Source: an uncultured Actinomyces sp. (lineage in GTDB: Bacteria; Actinomycetota; Actinomycetes; Actinomycetales; Actinomycetaceae). From it: a DNA stretch of 64,000 nucleotides. The first letter of the stretch is position 1. Each line of letters starts with the position of its first letter. The position numbers and the translations under genes are program-made. A model generated the notes under the pieces. It ran no database searches, was not told where the DNA came from, and worked only from the letters and a program-made list of their open reading frames with translations. Positions 1 through 10,466 of this stretch are shown one piece after another. The stretch covers positions 3,824 to 67,823 of the forward strand of contig CAUSHZ010000003.1 of assembly GCA_963531605.1 (NCBI GenBank), given 5' to 3'.

Positions 1-656
1 GTGTTGCCCGTCTGATCGACGATGTTGAGCCGATTCTCGGCGTCAAGTTCGACAACGAAGAGGTCTTCCAGTTCACCGGCGCCCGCCGATGAAAGCTCTG
101 CGCACAACCACTCCTCGTCGCGATGTATCAACTCGAGGTTGTCGGTCACGACCTGCCCATTGGACACCAGGACATAGTTGACGCCGCCCTCGCCCTTGCG
201 GCGCACCGTCAGGGAGCCGTTGGCTTCGCGCTGTACGAGGCTGATGTCGCTGAGTGAAAAGATGCCCATGCCGCGTAGCTCTGCGAGAAACTCGACTGGG
301 TCGAGCTTGTGATCCGTGTTGTCGAGCGCGTCCTGAGTAAATCGCCCGCCCTCGATGATCGTGTACGCCTTTCCCATCACGAGCGAGCGGGTCGACATGA
401 ACTTCGACGTCAGGTAGTTCAGGCCGGAGATGATTCCAAAGGTGACGAGCAGGAAGCTGATGTACTCCGCGAACGAGATTGCGTGGTTGTAGATGACGCC
501 GCCGATAATGCCACCGAGGATAAAGTTCCCGATAAAGTCGATCGGTGTCAGCTAGGCCGTCCGCTGCTTGCCCGTGAGGCGCAGGTAGAGGACGATCAGG
601 GTGACACCGATCAGGAGCTTAAGGACCGTCATCTCGAAACCATGAAAATCGAACAT
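1..656 (-). pseudogene. DUF421/YetF family membrane protein with in-frame TAG at codon 35; runs off the window edge
   Basis: Manual translation from ATG 656: MFDFHGFEMTVLKLLIGVTLIVLYLRLTGKQRTA*LTPIDFIGNFILGGIIGGVIY...ELRGMGIFSLSDISLVQREANGSLTV. Motifs are DUF421-like; the stop is at 552-554. Confidence 0.75.
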
Positions 657-702
657 GACGCCATGCTACCCGCAGGTGGCAGGGCTGTACCCTGGAGTGT
701 GA

Positions 703-1215
703 TCAGCTCGTCGGATCCGCGTCAATGGCTCCCTGAACATCGTTGAAGAGCAGGTTCGAGATCTCGACCTGCACCGTCTCGACCTTCGGCACGTCGCGCA
801 GCAGCAACGGGTCATCCGCGGAGGTCTGAAGGGCGAGGGTTCCGCAGCCGAAGATTCGGTCGTCGAAATCCTTTTCGATCTGGATGTCGGAGATGCGGGT
901 GAGCGGTAGGTCATGGCCGGTGCGCTTGATGATGCCGGTCCGGGTGATGACCCGCTTGGTCGTCACCGTGTAGGTCGTCGTGATCCACTTGATCCAGGGA
1001 ACAAGAATGAGCGGAATCGACAGGAGGAGGACGGCGATCCAAATGGTCGGAAGCGCCCAGTAGCGCGCGTTCTCAGGAACGTAGAAAGAACCGACAGCCG
1101 CCGCGATAACGAGGATCGACTCCACGATGATCGCGGGTAGCAGCTTCTTGATGTGGGTGTGCATGTGGCGGACGATGATCTCGTCCTGGCTGAGGAGCTT
1201 CTGTGACAATGCCAT
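703..1215 (-). CDS. Bacterial PH-domain (bPH_2) membrane protein
   Basis: Start MALSQKLL; two TM helices, then TTYTVTTKRVITRTG...DLPLTRISDI...DRIFGCGTL. Confidence 0.8.
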   Translation of the reverse strand: MALSQKLLSQDEIIVRHMHTHIKKLLPAIIVESILVIAAAVGSFYVPENARYWALPTIWIAVLLLSIPLILVPWIKWITTTYTVTTKRVITRTGIIKRTGHDLPLTRISDIQIEKDFDDRIFGCGTLALQTSADDPLLLRDVPKVETVQVEISNLLFNDVQGAIDADPTS

Positions 1216-1274
1216 GGCACCATCATGCCAGATCTTGCGGGCGAGTGAGGATGCCCGCTTCGTCGGACGGTGCT

Positions 1275-1910
1275 TTATCGAGGCCTGCGGTGCGTTCCGA
1301 CGATATCGGTGTTCACGATGCCGATTGCTGCCATCAGCGCGAGCATCGTCGTTGGGCCCACGAAACGAAACCCTCGGCTCTTGAGGTCGGCGGCGAGTGC
1401 CACCGACTCCGGCAGCTGCGTGGGAACCTCGTCCTGCGAGCGAGGGCACGGATCGTGGGCCGGGCGATACGACCAGACCAGTTCGCCCAGATGGGAAGGA
1501 CCGTCCGTTGTGTCGGTATTGGTCCTGATGGCAACCGTCGCGCGAGCGTTAGCGATCGCAGCCTCGATCTTGCGGCGGTTACGAATGATCCCGGGTGCGC
1601 TCACGAGACGATCGACGTCGTCGGTTGTGAAGGCGGCAACGCGGTCGGGAATAAAACCCTCAAACGCCTCCCGAAAGGCCTCGCGTTTTGCCAAGACCGT
1701 GCGCCAGGAGAGGCCAGCCTGGAATCCCTCCAACGCGAGGCGTTCGAAGACGCCCGCCTCGTCGTGGATCGGCAGACCCCATTCGGTGTCGTAGTAGGCG
1801 CGTAACAGCTCGTCATGGGAGGCCCACGTGGGTCGGATGAGTCCGTCATCGCACGCGGTGAGGCCCGAGGCTAGGGGTGGAACTGCGGATTGGGTGAGTG
1901 CTGTGTCCAT
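1275..1910 (-). CDS. tag: DNA-3-methyladenine glycosylase I
   Basis: YYDTEWG, FERLALEGFQAGLSW, IIRNRRKI, GFRFVGPTT motifs; start trimmed to MDTALTQ. Confidence 0.92.
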   Translation of the reverse strand: MDTALTQSAVPPLASGLTACDDGLIRPTWASHDELLRAYYDTEWGLPIHDEAGVFERLALEGFQAGLSWRTVLAKREAFREAFEGFIPDRVAAFTTDDVDRLVSAPGIIRNRRKIEAAIANARATVAIRTNTDTTDGPSHLGELVWSYRPAHDPCPRSQDEVPTQLPESVALAADLKSRGFRFVGPTTMLALMAAIGIVNTDIVGTHRRPR

Positions 1911-2024
1911 ACGTCGATCCTGCGTGAGCGGCGTCCAACGGTCAAGTGACGACATCGAGGCCTGTGGATAACGCCGCCAGGCGAAAGGACCCTGTGGAAA
2001 CACACCAGGGGAGTGGCAGGTATG

Positions 2025-2060
2025 CGTGTGGCCCGCCTCCTCGGGGAAGCGGGCCACGCG
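2025..2060 (-). terminator. GC-rich hairpin downstream of der
   Basis: GTGGCCCGC...GCGGGCCAC inverted repeat just past the der stop; no U-tract. Confidence 0.5.
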
Positions 2061-2073
2061 GGTCGGACTGTCC

Positions 2074-3627
2074 TTACCTGCGTCGCTTCTCGCGCACACG
2101 CACCGAAATCTGAATCGGCGTGCCTGCGAAGCCGAAGGTTTCGCGCAGGCGGCGTTCGATGAAGCGGCGGTATCCGGGATCAAGGAAGCCCGTCGTGAAC
2201 AGCACGAAGCGCGGGGGCTTGCTCGAGGCCTGGGTGCCAAAGAGGATGCGCGGCTGCTTGCCTCCACGCAGCGGGTGGGGGTGTGCGGCGACGAGCTGGC
2301 CGAGGAACGCGTTGAGCTGTCCGGTGGGGATACGCGTCTCCCAGCCTTCGAGGGCGGTGTCGAGGGCACGCACGATGCGGTTGGTGTGCCATCCGGTCTT
2401 CGCAGCCAGGTTGATGCGCGGTGCCCACGGGATCTGAACCAGTTCGCGCTCGAGCTCGTTCTTGATCTCCTTCTGGCGGTCCTCGTCAACGAGGTCCCAC
2501 TTGTTGGTGACGACGACGAGCGCGCGGCCCGCGTCGATGACCTGCTGAACGACACGCACGTCCTGCTCGGTCAGCGGTGCCGAACCATCGATGAGGACGA
2601 GGGCGACCTCGGCCTTCTCGATCGCGGCCTGGGTGCGGATGGAGGCGTAGTAGTCGGCGCCCGTCGTCCGGTGCATCTTGCGGCGGATACCTGCGGTGTC
2701 GACGAACCACCACGAGCGGCCGTCGAGCTCGATGAGCTCGTCGACGGGGTCACGGGTGGTACCGGCGAGCTCATTGACGACGACGCGCTCGCCCCCGGCC
2801 AGCGCATTGAGCAGGGAGGACTTTCCGACGTTGGGGCGTCCGACGAGGGCGACGCGACGCGGGCCGCCCGACGGCAGAGCCGAGGCGACGGCCGACTCGG
2901 TCGGCAGCACCTTCATGACGACGTCCAGGAGATCACCGGTGCCACGTCCATGCAGGGCGGAAATGGGGTAGGGCTCGCCCAGGCCAAGGCTCCACAGGTA
3001 TGCAGCGTCGGCCTCCTGCAGGGGAGAGTCCACCTTGTTTGCGGCCAGGATGATCGGCTTGTTCTTGGCGCGCAGCATTTCCACGATGCGCTCGTCCGAG
3101 GCTGTGACGCCGACGGTCGCGTCCAGGACGAGGACGACAGCGTCAGCGAGGTCGACGGCGATCTCGGCCTGCTCGGCGACGGAGCGATCGAGTCCCTTCA
3201 CGTCGATCTCCCAGCCGCCCGTGTCCACGAGCGTGAAGTCGCGACCCGCCCATTCAGCCGGGTACGAGACGCGGTCGCGGGTCACGCCCGGCGTGTCCTG
3301 TACGACGGCCTCGCGGCGTCCAAGAATGCGGTTAACCAGCGTGGACTTGCCGACGTTGGGACGACCGACGACTGCAAGAACGGGCAGGCCGGCTGCGACG
3401 TCGTCAGAGTCCGCGAGCGCGGACTCGCCGGCCAGGAGGGCCAGGTCTTCCTCGTCCAGGTCGAATTGGTCGAGGTTAGCGCGCATGAGACGGGCGCGAG
3501 CCTCGGTCTCTGTCTCGCTCAGGTCGATCGAGTCGGGCGAGGCTGCCTGCGCGTCGGCGATGTAGGTCTCGGCCGCGTCCGCGTCGAATGCTGCGGTCGC
3601 GCCGGGCTGGTTGTCAAAGTCATTCAC
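2074..3627 (-). CDS. der: Ribosome biogenesis GTPase Der
   Basis: Two G domains (GRPNVGKS twice, DTGG/DTAG, NKVD/NKWD), KH-like C-terminus; acidic N-terminal extension. Confidence 0.97.
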   Translation of the reverse strand: MNDFDNQPGATAAFDADAAETYIADAQAASPDSIDLSETETEARARLMRANLDQFDLDEEDLALLAGESALADSDDVAAGLPVLAVVGRPNVGKSTLVNRILGRREAVVQDTPGVTRDRVSYPAEWAGRDFTLVDTGGWEIDVKGLDRSVAEQAEIAVDLADAVVLVLDATVGVTASDERIVEMLRAKNKPIILAANKVDSPLQEADAAYLWSLGLGEPYPISALHGRGTGDLLDVVMKVLPTESAVASALPSGGPRRVALVGRPNVGKSSLLNALAGGERVVVNELAGTTRDPVDELIELDGRSWWFVDTAGIRRKMHRTTGADYYASIRTQAAIEKAEVALVLIDGSAPLTEQDVRVVQQVIDAGRALVVVTNKWDLVDEDRQKEIKNELERELVQIPWAPRINLAAKTGWHTNRIVRALDTALEGWETRIPTGQLNAFLGQLVAAHPHPLRGGKQPRILFGTQASSKPPRFVLFTTGFLDPGYRRFIERRLRETFGFAGTPIQISVRVREKRRR

Positions 3628-3644
3628 CCGCTCAGTCTACGGCG

Positions 3645-3687
3645 TGGCGCGCCGCGAAGGCCCGATGGGGGCCCTTGCGGCGCGCCA
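3645..3687 (-). terminator. Hairpin downstream of murE
   Basis: TGGCGCGCCGC...GCGGCGCGCCA inverted repeat. Confidence 0.55.
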
Positions 3688-3706
3688 GTTCACAGCTTCG
3701 CGCTGT

Positions 3707-5287
3707 TTATTCGTGCGCGCGTACGTCGCCCGCGAGGACTTCGGCGGCGACGGGCACGTCATTGTATCGGTGGTGGATCCCCTGGATTTCCTGGTACCAC
3801 TCGGCACCCTTACCCGTGATGATGACGGTGTCACCGGGCTCGGCTGCCAGGATCGCGCGTCGCACCGCGTCGCGGCGGCAGGTCGTCACCTCGGTGACGT
3901 CTTCCATGCCCGGGCGCACGGATGCGATGCCGCGCAGCAGGTAGTCGCGGATTTCCTGGGGGTCCTCGGTGCGCGGGTTCTCGTCCGTCACCCACAGCAC
4001 GTCGGCTTCGCGTGCAGCAATCTCGGCGAGGTGTTCGCGCTTGGTCGCATCGCGGTCGCCGTCCGTTCCGAAGACGACGACGACGCGGCCCGGGGTCAGC
4101 TCGCGGGTCGAGCGCAGAGTCCATTCGAGGGCTTCTGGCGTGTGCGCGTAGTCGACGATGACGAGCGGTTGACCGCCGGGCGTCGGGTTGACCTTCTCCA
4201 TGCGTCCCGGAATCTGGGGAGCATCCTCGATCGTCGCGATCACATCCGCGAGGTCGATGCCGAGGCTCACTGCGCTGACGATTGCGACGGCGGTGTTCTG
4301 AATATTGACCTCACCCAGGATCGGCATGGCAACGCGGTGGCCGGTGCCGCTGGGATCAATCAGGGTGAACACGGTACGCCCGATTGTCTTGTCGGGGGTC
4401 ACGTCGCGGACTTGCCAGTCGGCGGTCTCCTCGGTCAGTGCGGACACCGTCGTGACCGGTACGGTCGCCTGCTGTGCCAGACGGCGACCCCATTCATCAT
4501 CCACGCACACGACGCCGTGGCGGGAATGCTCGGGGGTGAACAACAGGGCCTTCGCCTGGAAGTAGTTCTCCATGTCGCCGTAATAGTCGAGATGGTCGTG
4601 CTGCAGGTTCGTAAACGCGGCAACGTCAAAGACGATTCCGTCGACGCGGTGCAGGGAAAGCGCGTGCGCCGACAGTTCGATAATGCCCGCGCCGCACTCG
4701 TACTGCTCGGTGGCCGCCAGGAAACGGGCGATGACGGGGGCTTCGGCGGTCGTGCGCACGGCCTCGAACGAAATGGGGCCGACGTGCATTTCCACGGTGC
4801 CGCACAGCGAAGCGTTCGGGAATCTTGATGCGATGGCGGCGCGCATCAGGTACGAGGTCGTCGTCTTCCCGTTCGTGCCAGTCACGGCCATTGTTGTGAG
4901 ACGAGTGGCGGGGGACACGTAGATGTTCGCGCACAGCTGCGGAACCACGGCGCGCGGGTCGGCCACCTGGATGACGGGCACTCCCAGGCCGCGTTCGAAG
5001 GCCTGGGTACGGCCCTCCTCGTCAGTGAGAACGACACTCGCACCGGCCTCGATCGCCGCGTGCGCGAAACGGATGCCGTGCTGCTTCAGGCCCGGGATTG
5101 CGACGAACAACCACTCGGCCTCGCAGTCGTCGGACGACACGGTGATGCCGCGCAGGCTGAGTGGGGACTCGGCGATCTGCGCAGGCGAGCCGTCGGAGCC
5201 GTAGAACCCCTGGATGTCCAGGCCTTCGAGGGCGGTCGTCAACGAGAGCGGCGCGATCGTGGGACGAATATCAGTCACTGAAGTCAT
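3707..5287 (-). CDS. murE: UDP-N-acetylmuramoyl-tripeptide synthetase (MurE family)
   Basis: VTGTNGKTTT, FTNLQHDHLDY, PGRME, DYAHTP, ENPR, GKG motifs; start MTSVTDI. Confidence 0.9.
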   Translation of the reverse strand: MTSVTDIRPTIAPLSLTTALEGLDIQGFYGSDGSPAQIAESPLSLRGITVSSDDCEAEWLFVAIPGLKQHGIRFAHAAIEAGASVVLTDEEGRTQAFERGLGVPVIQVADPRAVVPQLCANIYVSPATRLTTMAVTGTNGKTTTSYLMRAAIASRFPNASLCGTVEMHVGPISFEAVRTTAEAPVIARFLAATEQYECGAGIIELSAHALSLHRVDGIVFDVAAFTNLQHDHLDYYGDMENYFQAKALLFTPEHSRHGVVCVDDEWGRRLAQQATVPVTTVSALTEETADWQVRDVTPDKTIGRTVFTLIDPSGTGHRVAMPILGEVNIQNTAVAIVSAVSLGIDLADVIATIEDAPQIPGRMEKVNPTPGGQPLVIVDYAHTPEALEWTLRSTRELTPGRVVVVFGTDGDRDATKREHLAEIAAREADVLWVTDENPRTEDPQEIRDYLLRGIASVRPGMEDVTEVTTCRRDAVRRAILAAEPGDTVIITGKGAEWYQEIQGIHHRYNDVPVAAEVLAGDVRAHE

Positions 5288-5359
5288 GGGTCTACTGTAG
5301 TTCGTCGCGACGGCGGCGTGCGCCACACATACCGGCGGTGACACAGTAGGATAGGGGGC

Positions 5360-7939
5360 ATGCAGATTTTGACACGCAACGAAGCAATCCATCGCGCTGC
5401 CCATCTTCACGTTTCCGCCATCGACGTCGTTGTCGATATCCGAGACGCCAAGGACACCACGAACCCGACGTATCCCGTCACGTCGACGCTGACGTTGACG
5501 TCGGACGAGGAGCGCACCTTCATCGATATCGCCGGCGAGGTGGGCGAGGTGCTCGTCAACGGCGAGCCCCACACCTTCGACGACGATGAAGACCGCGTGT
5601 GGGTTGGTGGACTACCGGTGGGGGAGACGATCACCCTCGAGGTTCGTGCCCTGGCGCGTTACTCGCGCAGCGGCGAGGGCCTGCACCGCTACACCGATCC
5701 CGAGGACGGTGAGGTCTACCTCTACACCCAGTTCGAGCCCAATGACGCTCACCGTGCGTGGCCGTGCGTGGACCAGCCGGACGTGAAGCCCGAGTGGACG
5801 TTCCACGTGATCGCTCCCGCCGGCTGGGTCGTCTCCTCCAATGGAGTTGAGAGCGCCGCCGAGGTCGTGGATGACTCGGGTGCGGTGCGCCATGACTTCA
5901 CGGCAACCCGCCCGCTTTCGAGCTACATCACGGCGATCGTCGCAGGCCCCTGGGCGATCATTGACGGCGGCACGTGGAGCGGTGGCGCGTCGGATGGCGG
6001 TCACGCTGAGCTGGCGCTGCGCCTCCTGTGCCGTCGTACGCTCGCGCGCTACCTCGATTCCGACGACGTGTTCGAGGTGACCCGTGCAGGGCTCGACTTC
6101 TTCCATGAGCGCTACGGAGTGACTTTCCCGTGGGGATCCTACGACCAGGTGTACGTGCCCGAATACAACCTCGGTGCCATGGAAAACCCCGGGTGCATCA
6201 CATTTAATGAAAACTACATTTCGCGCTCCACGCCCACCTTCTCTGAGCGCCAGCGCCGCGCGAACACGACGCTGCACGAAATGTGCCACATGTGGTTCGG
6301 CGACCTCGCCACGCCCTCGTGGTGGGACGACCTGTGGCTGAAGGAGTCTTTCGCCGAGAATCAGGGTGCCAGCGCGATTGCGACGGCGACCCGCTACGTG
6401 GGCGAATGGGCGAACTTCGCGATGAACCGCAAGATCTGGGCCTACACGCAGGACCAGATGCCGACCACACACCCCATCGCCGCGGACATTCCGGACGTCG
6501 CCGCTGCAAAGACGAACTTCGACGGCATCACCTACGCGAAGGGTGCGTCCGTCCTTAAGCAGCTGGTCGCCTGGGTCGGGGAGGAGGCCTTCTACGAGGG
6601 CGCACGCCGCTACTTTGCCGAGCACCAGTTTGGCGCGACCAACCTCCAGGACCTCCTCGTTGCGCTCGAAGGTGCCTCGCGCCAGGAGCTCTCCTCCTGG
6701 AAGAGCGCGTGGCTTCAGACCTCCGGCCCGTCGACGCTGTCCGCTTCGTGGGTGACGGACAACGTTGGCGCGATCACGGACTTCACGCTCCACCAGGGCG
6801 GCGAGGCCTGCAACGGCGTGCTGCGTCCCCATCGTGTCACCGTTTCAACGTGGCGTGTCGCGGCCGGGGCACTGGAGCGTACCCACGTGTTCGACGTGCG
6901 TATCGACGGCGAAACTGCCCCCATTGATCCCGAGGGTGTTGTGGCGGTGCCCGGCGGTGCCGCGTCCGCCGACCTGGTCGTCGTCAACGACGAGGACCTC
7001 ACCTACGCGATCTCGCGCCTCGACGAGCGCTCGACCGACGTCGCGCTGGCCTACGTAGGCACCATCGATGCGGCTATCACGCGAGCCGTCATCTGGGCGT
7101 CGCTCTGGAACGCCGTGCGCGACGGTCTACTGGATCCGCGTCGCTTTGTCGTCGCTGTTCTGAATGCCGTTCCGTCCGAAACTGAGCCCGCGATCCGTGA
7201 TCGCCTCCTGCTCTTCGTCGCTGAGGCGATCTCCTCCTTCCTGCCGGGACAGGCTCGCGCAGACGTTCATGACCAGGTACTTGCGACGACGATCCGTCTG
7301 TCTCGTGAGACCGAGGACTCCGACGCGTGGCGTTCGTACACGCGCGCGTTCGTCGCCGAGTTCGCCGCCCGTGGCGGCGATGAATATGAGGCGACGGTCC
7401 GCGACCTCGCCAGCAGCGACAACCCCGATATCGCGTGGCGCGCGCGGCGTGCCCTGGCTGCCCGCGGCCTCGTCGACGAGGCGGCCATCGAGGCGTGGCG
7501 CAGTGCCGACGGCTCGGGCGAAGCCGCCCGTATGAGCGTCGAGGCCCGCGCATCACTGCCCTCGGAGGAGGCCCGCGCTCGGGCCTGGGAGTCGGTATTC
7601 TCCGATACCCTGTCGAACGACTACCTGACCGCGACCCTGGCAGGTCTGCAGGCCTCGTCGTGGGAGGGGGAGTCCGGCATCGCCAGCGCCGTCGAGCGCA
7701 TGATCTCCTACTGGGAGACCCACACGATCGGCATGGCGCTGCGCTATGCAAACGGCGTGCTCGCTCTCGGCGTCGACGTTGACCGTGATGGCAGCGTCGA
7801 TCGCTCCGTCGGAGCGCTGCGCCGCTGGATCGGAGAGCACGAGGATGCACCCGCTCAGCTGCGCCGCATCGTCGTTGAACACCTCGACGCATTCGAACGC
7901 GACGAGCGCGTGCAGCGACGCTGGAGTTCGGGCCAGTGA
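5360..7939 (+). CDS. pepN: Aminopeptidase N (M1 family)
   Basis: GAMEN and HEMCH...E zinc motifs. Confidence 0.96.
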   Translation: MQILTRNEAIHRAAHLHVSAIDVVVDIRDAKDTTNPTYPVTSTLTLTSDEERTFIDIAGEVGEVLVNGEPHTFDDDEDRVWVGGLPVGETITLEVRALARYSRSGEGLHRYTDPEDGEVYLYTQFEPNDAHRAWPCVDQPDVKPEWTFHVIAPAGWVVSSNGVESAAEVVDDSGAVRHDFTATRPLSSYITAIVAGPWAIIDGGTWSGGASDGGHAELALRLLCRRTLARYLDSDDVFEVTRAGLDFFHERYGVTFPWGSYDQVYVPEYNLGAMENPGCITFNENYISRSTPTFSERQRRANTTLHEMCHMWFGDLATPSWWDDLWLKESFAENQGASAIATATRYVGEWANFAMNRKIWAYTQDQMPTTHPIAADIPDVAAAKTNFDGITYAKGASVLKQLVAWVGEEAFYEGARRYFAEHQFGATNLQDLLVALEGASRQELSSWKSAWLQTSGPSTLSASWVTDNVGAITDFTLHQGGEACNGVLRPHRVTVSTWRVAAGALERTHVFDVRIDGETAPIDPEGVVAVPGGAASADLVVVNDEDLTYAISRLDERSTDVALAYVGTIDAAITRAVIWASLWNAVRDGLLDPRRFVVAVLNAVPSETEPAIRDRLLLFVAEAISSFLPGQARADVHDQVLATTIRLSRETEDSDAWRSYTRAFVAEFAARGGDEYEATVRDLASSDNPDIAWRARRALAARGLVDEAAIEAWRSADGSGEAARMSVEARASLPSEEARARAWESVFSDTLSNDYLTATLAGLQASSWEGESGIASAVERMISYWETHTIGMALRYANGVLALGVDVDRDGSVDRSVGALRRWIGEHEDAPAQLRRIVVEHLDAFERDERVQRRWSSGQ

Positions 7940-8796
7940 CGCAGCCGGAATATCGAGGCGCGAGGCCGGGGGAGCGCCGCGACGACGCTGGCCCCCAGGC
8001 CTCGTCCGTGGACCCCGCCGCCTCGATGTCCCTGCTCACGTCGCTCCTCGCCAACCCCCTGGACGCCGGCTACGAGCACTACCGCGCGGACCACGGCCCA
8101 CGACCCGCGGGACTCTTCGGCCGCATCGCCGTCTTCGCAGTGGCTGTTGCCCTCGGGTTCGGATCCGTGATCGCGATTGACTCGCTACGGCGCCCGGCCA
8201 ATGACGTGAAAGCCGACCTGAAGGAGCAGGCTGCTACGCGCTCGAGCAACGTCGAAGCCTTAAGTAACGAGGTGCAGTCTCTCGGCCGTGCCGTCGACGA
8301 CCTGTCGCAGTCTGGCTCGCCAATTGCCGTGGATGGTGCGCGCGACCTCGTGACGGCTACACGACCCGTCAGCGGCCCCGGCATCACGGTGACGCTCACG
8401 GATCGAAGCGGCCCGGGAAAGGGAACTGGAGCCGTTCGGGATCAAGACGTCGCGATGGTCGTCAACGCCCTCTGGGCTGCCGGCGCGGAGGCCATTTCGG
8501 TCAACGGCCAGCGTATCGGGCCAGATACTTTTGTGCGCACCGCAGGCTCGGCCATTCTGGTCAACGTCACCCCCGTGTCCTCTCCCTACGAGGTCGCGGC
8601 GATCGGGGACTCGAACGCGCTCTCTGTCGCGCTCGTCCGCGGTTCCACAGGTGACTACCTGTCTGCCGCCCAATCAGTGAGCGGCATGACCGTGAGCTCG
8701 AAGGTCTCTCAATCGCTGAGCATGGAAGCGCTGGCGCCGACATCTTCGCAGTACGCACAACCGCTGGATACACAACACGAAGGAGATACTCAATGA
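7936..8796 (+). CDS. DUF881 family protein
   Basis: TM plus coiled coil, GPGITVTLTD, VNALWAAGAEAISVNGQR. Confidence 0.9.
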   Translation: MTQPEYRGARPGERRDDAGPQASSVDPAASMSLLTSLLANPLDAGYEHYRADHGPRPAGLFGRIAVFAVAVALGFGSVIAIDSLRRPANDVKADLKEQAATRSSNVEALSNEVQSLGRAVDDLSQSGSPIAVDGARDLVTATRPVSGPGITVTLTDRSGPGKGTGAVRDQDVAMVVNALWAAGAEAISVNGQRIGPDTFVRTAGSAILVNVTPVSSPYEVAAIGDSNALSVALVRGSTGDYLSAAQSVSGMTVSSKVSQSLSMEALAPTSSQYAQPLDTQHEGDTQ

Positions 8797-9125
8797 TCGC
8801 CGTCATCGGATTGATCATCGGCATTGTTCTCGGCGTCTTGCTTGACCCGACCGTGCCCGTGTGGCTGGCCCCGTTCCTTCCCGTCGCCGTTGTTGCCGGC
8901 CTGGACGCGCTCTTCGGCGCGGGGCGCGCATGGCTGGAGGGACGCTTCGCAGACCGCGTGTTCGTGACCTCGTTCTTCTGGAACGTCGTCGTTGCGTGTC
9001 TGCTCGTCTTCCTGGGAACCCAGCTGGGCGTTGGATCCGCCATGACGACAGCCGTCGTCGTCGTGCTGGGGATTCGTATCTTCTCCAATACCGCATCGAT
9101 CCGTCGACTGCTCCTGAAGGCCTGA
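8793..9125 (+). CDS. Small basic protein (DUF1290) membrane protein
   Basis: AVVAGLDALFG, GIRIFSN; conserved position between two DUF881 genes. Confidence 0.9.
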   Translation: MIAVIGLIIGIVLGVLLDPTVPVWLAPFLPVAVVAGLDALFGAGRAWLEGRFADRVFVTSFFWNVVVACLLVFLGTQLGVGSAMTTAVVVVLGIRIFSNTASIRRLLLKA

Positions 9126-9126
9126 C

Positions 9127-9927
9127 ATGAGCGAACAGAGCCCACAGACAATCCCCTCCGTCTCTGAGAACGAGCCCTCGCCCCGCGGGCGCGGTGTTCA
9201 TCGTGAGCCTCACGCCGGCCCGCGCCTGTGGGCGCGGGCGAGGCAGGCGTTCTTCGCGCTGCCCCGTGGGTTGCACCTCGTCATGCTCGTGATCTTCATG
9301 CTTGTGGGATTCGCGTTTGCCACGCAGGTGCGCGCACAGCGATCCGACCCCCTCGAAGGCCTGTCCGAACAAGACCTTGTGACGGTGCTCGATGAGTTGA
9401 ACACCCAGGAGCAAAACCTGCGCACGCGTCGCGGTGAATTGTCCAGCGAACTCGATGAGCTGCGCAGTGCCGCGGACGAAGCGCAAGCTCGTGAGCAGGC
9501 AGCACGTAAGGCCGAAACGCAGGCGCAGATCGCCGCGGGCACAGTGCCGGTGCACGGCCCCGGCGTGACGGTGTCGGTCGTCGACACCGGCGCAAATCTG
9601 ACGTCGACGCAGTTCGTCATGACGCTCGGCGAATTACGCAATGCGGGTGCCGAGGCGATCGAACTCAACGGTATCCGCCTGTCGACTCGGTCCTCGTTCA
9701 CCGGGCAGGCCGGCTCGATCGCGGTCGACGGAATTCCCATTGAGTCGCCCTACACGTGGAAAGTGATCGGAGAGTCTCAGACGATCGCCACCGCGCTGGA
9801 TATCCAGGCTGGTTCGGCAGCCCAGATGCGCGCAAAGGGTGCCAATGTGGCGATCACTCCGACGACCGACATGACGATTGAGTCGATTGCGACTCCGCGC
9901 CCGCCCCAGTTCGCAACCTACCAGTGA
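9127..9927 (+). CDS. DUF881 family protein
   Basis: GPGVTVSV, ELRNAGAEAIELNG. Confidence 0.9.
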   Translation: MSEQSPQTIPSVSENEPSPRGRGVHREPHAGPRLWARARQAFFALPRGLHLVMLVIFMLVGFAFATQVRAQRSDPLEGLSEQDLVTVLDELNTQEQNLRTRRGELSSELDELRSAADEAQAREQAARKAETQAQIAAGTVPVHGPGVTVSVVDTGANLTSTQFVMTLGELRNAGAEAIELNGIRLSTRSSFTGQAGSIAVDGIPIESPYTWKVIGESQTIATALDIQAGSAAQMRAKGANVAITPTTDMTIESIATPRPPQFATYQ

Positions 9928-10030
9928 AGTCCCCGCGTATAATCGGCGGGGGAGTCACCGTGCCCGCGCTTGTCGGATGGTGAACGTTTACACTTAATGC
10001 AGTCCCTGAAATGATCGTTTGGAGCGCACA

Positions 10031-10465
10031 ATGTCCGACAACCAGCCGTTTGACCCGACCGCAACCTCCATCTTCGGCCTCGCGCCTGTGACGGAGGACG
10101 TCGAAGATGCTCCCGTTGCCCTGTCTGCTCGCGATCGCGAGGCCGTCGAGGCACTGCCTGCCGGCGCCGCACTCCTGATTGTCCAGCGCGGCCCCAACAC
10201 GGGCGCGCGCTTCCTCCTTGATCCCGAGGTGACGAACGCGGGTCGTTCGCCTAAAGCCGATATCTTCCTGGATGACGTGACGGTCTCGCGCAAGCACTGC
10301 CAGTTCATCGCCTCGAACGGCGGCCACATCGTGCGCGATTCCGGTTCGCTCAACGGCACGTACGTGAACCGTGAGCGCGTCGATTCGATTGAGTTGCACG
10401 CCGGCGACGAGGTGCAGATCGGCAAGTATCGTTTGACCTACCAGCCGTCGACCAAGCAGGCCTGA
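10031..10465 (+). CDS. FHA-domain protein, GarA/OdhI-like
   Basis: GRSPKADIFLDDVTVSRKH, SLNGTYVN; N-terminal TATSIF resembles the GarA phosphorylation segment. Confidence 0.9.
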   Translation: MSDNQPFDPTATSIFGLAPVTEDVEDAPVALSARDREAVEALPAGAALLIVQRGPNTGARFLLDPEVTNAGRSPKADIFLDDVTVSRKHCQFIASNGGHIVRDSGSLNGTYVNRERVDSIELHAGDEVQIGKYRLTYQPSTKQA

Positions 10466-10466
10466 C

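Noticed and set aside
9971..9994. TGTCGG...TACACT as a PafBC-activated promoter
   Set aside because: Spacing is 12 nt rather than the 10 nt of the mycobacterial motif.
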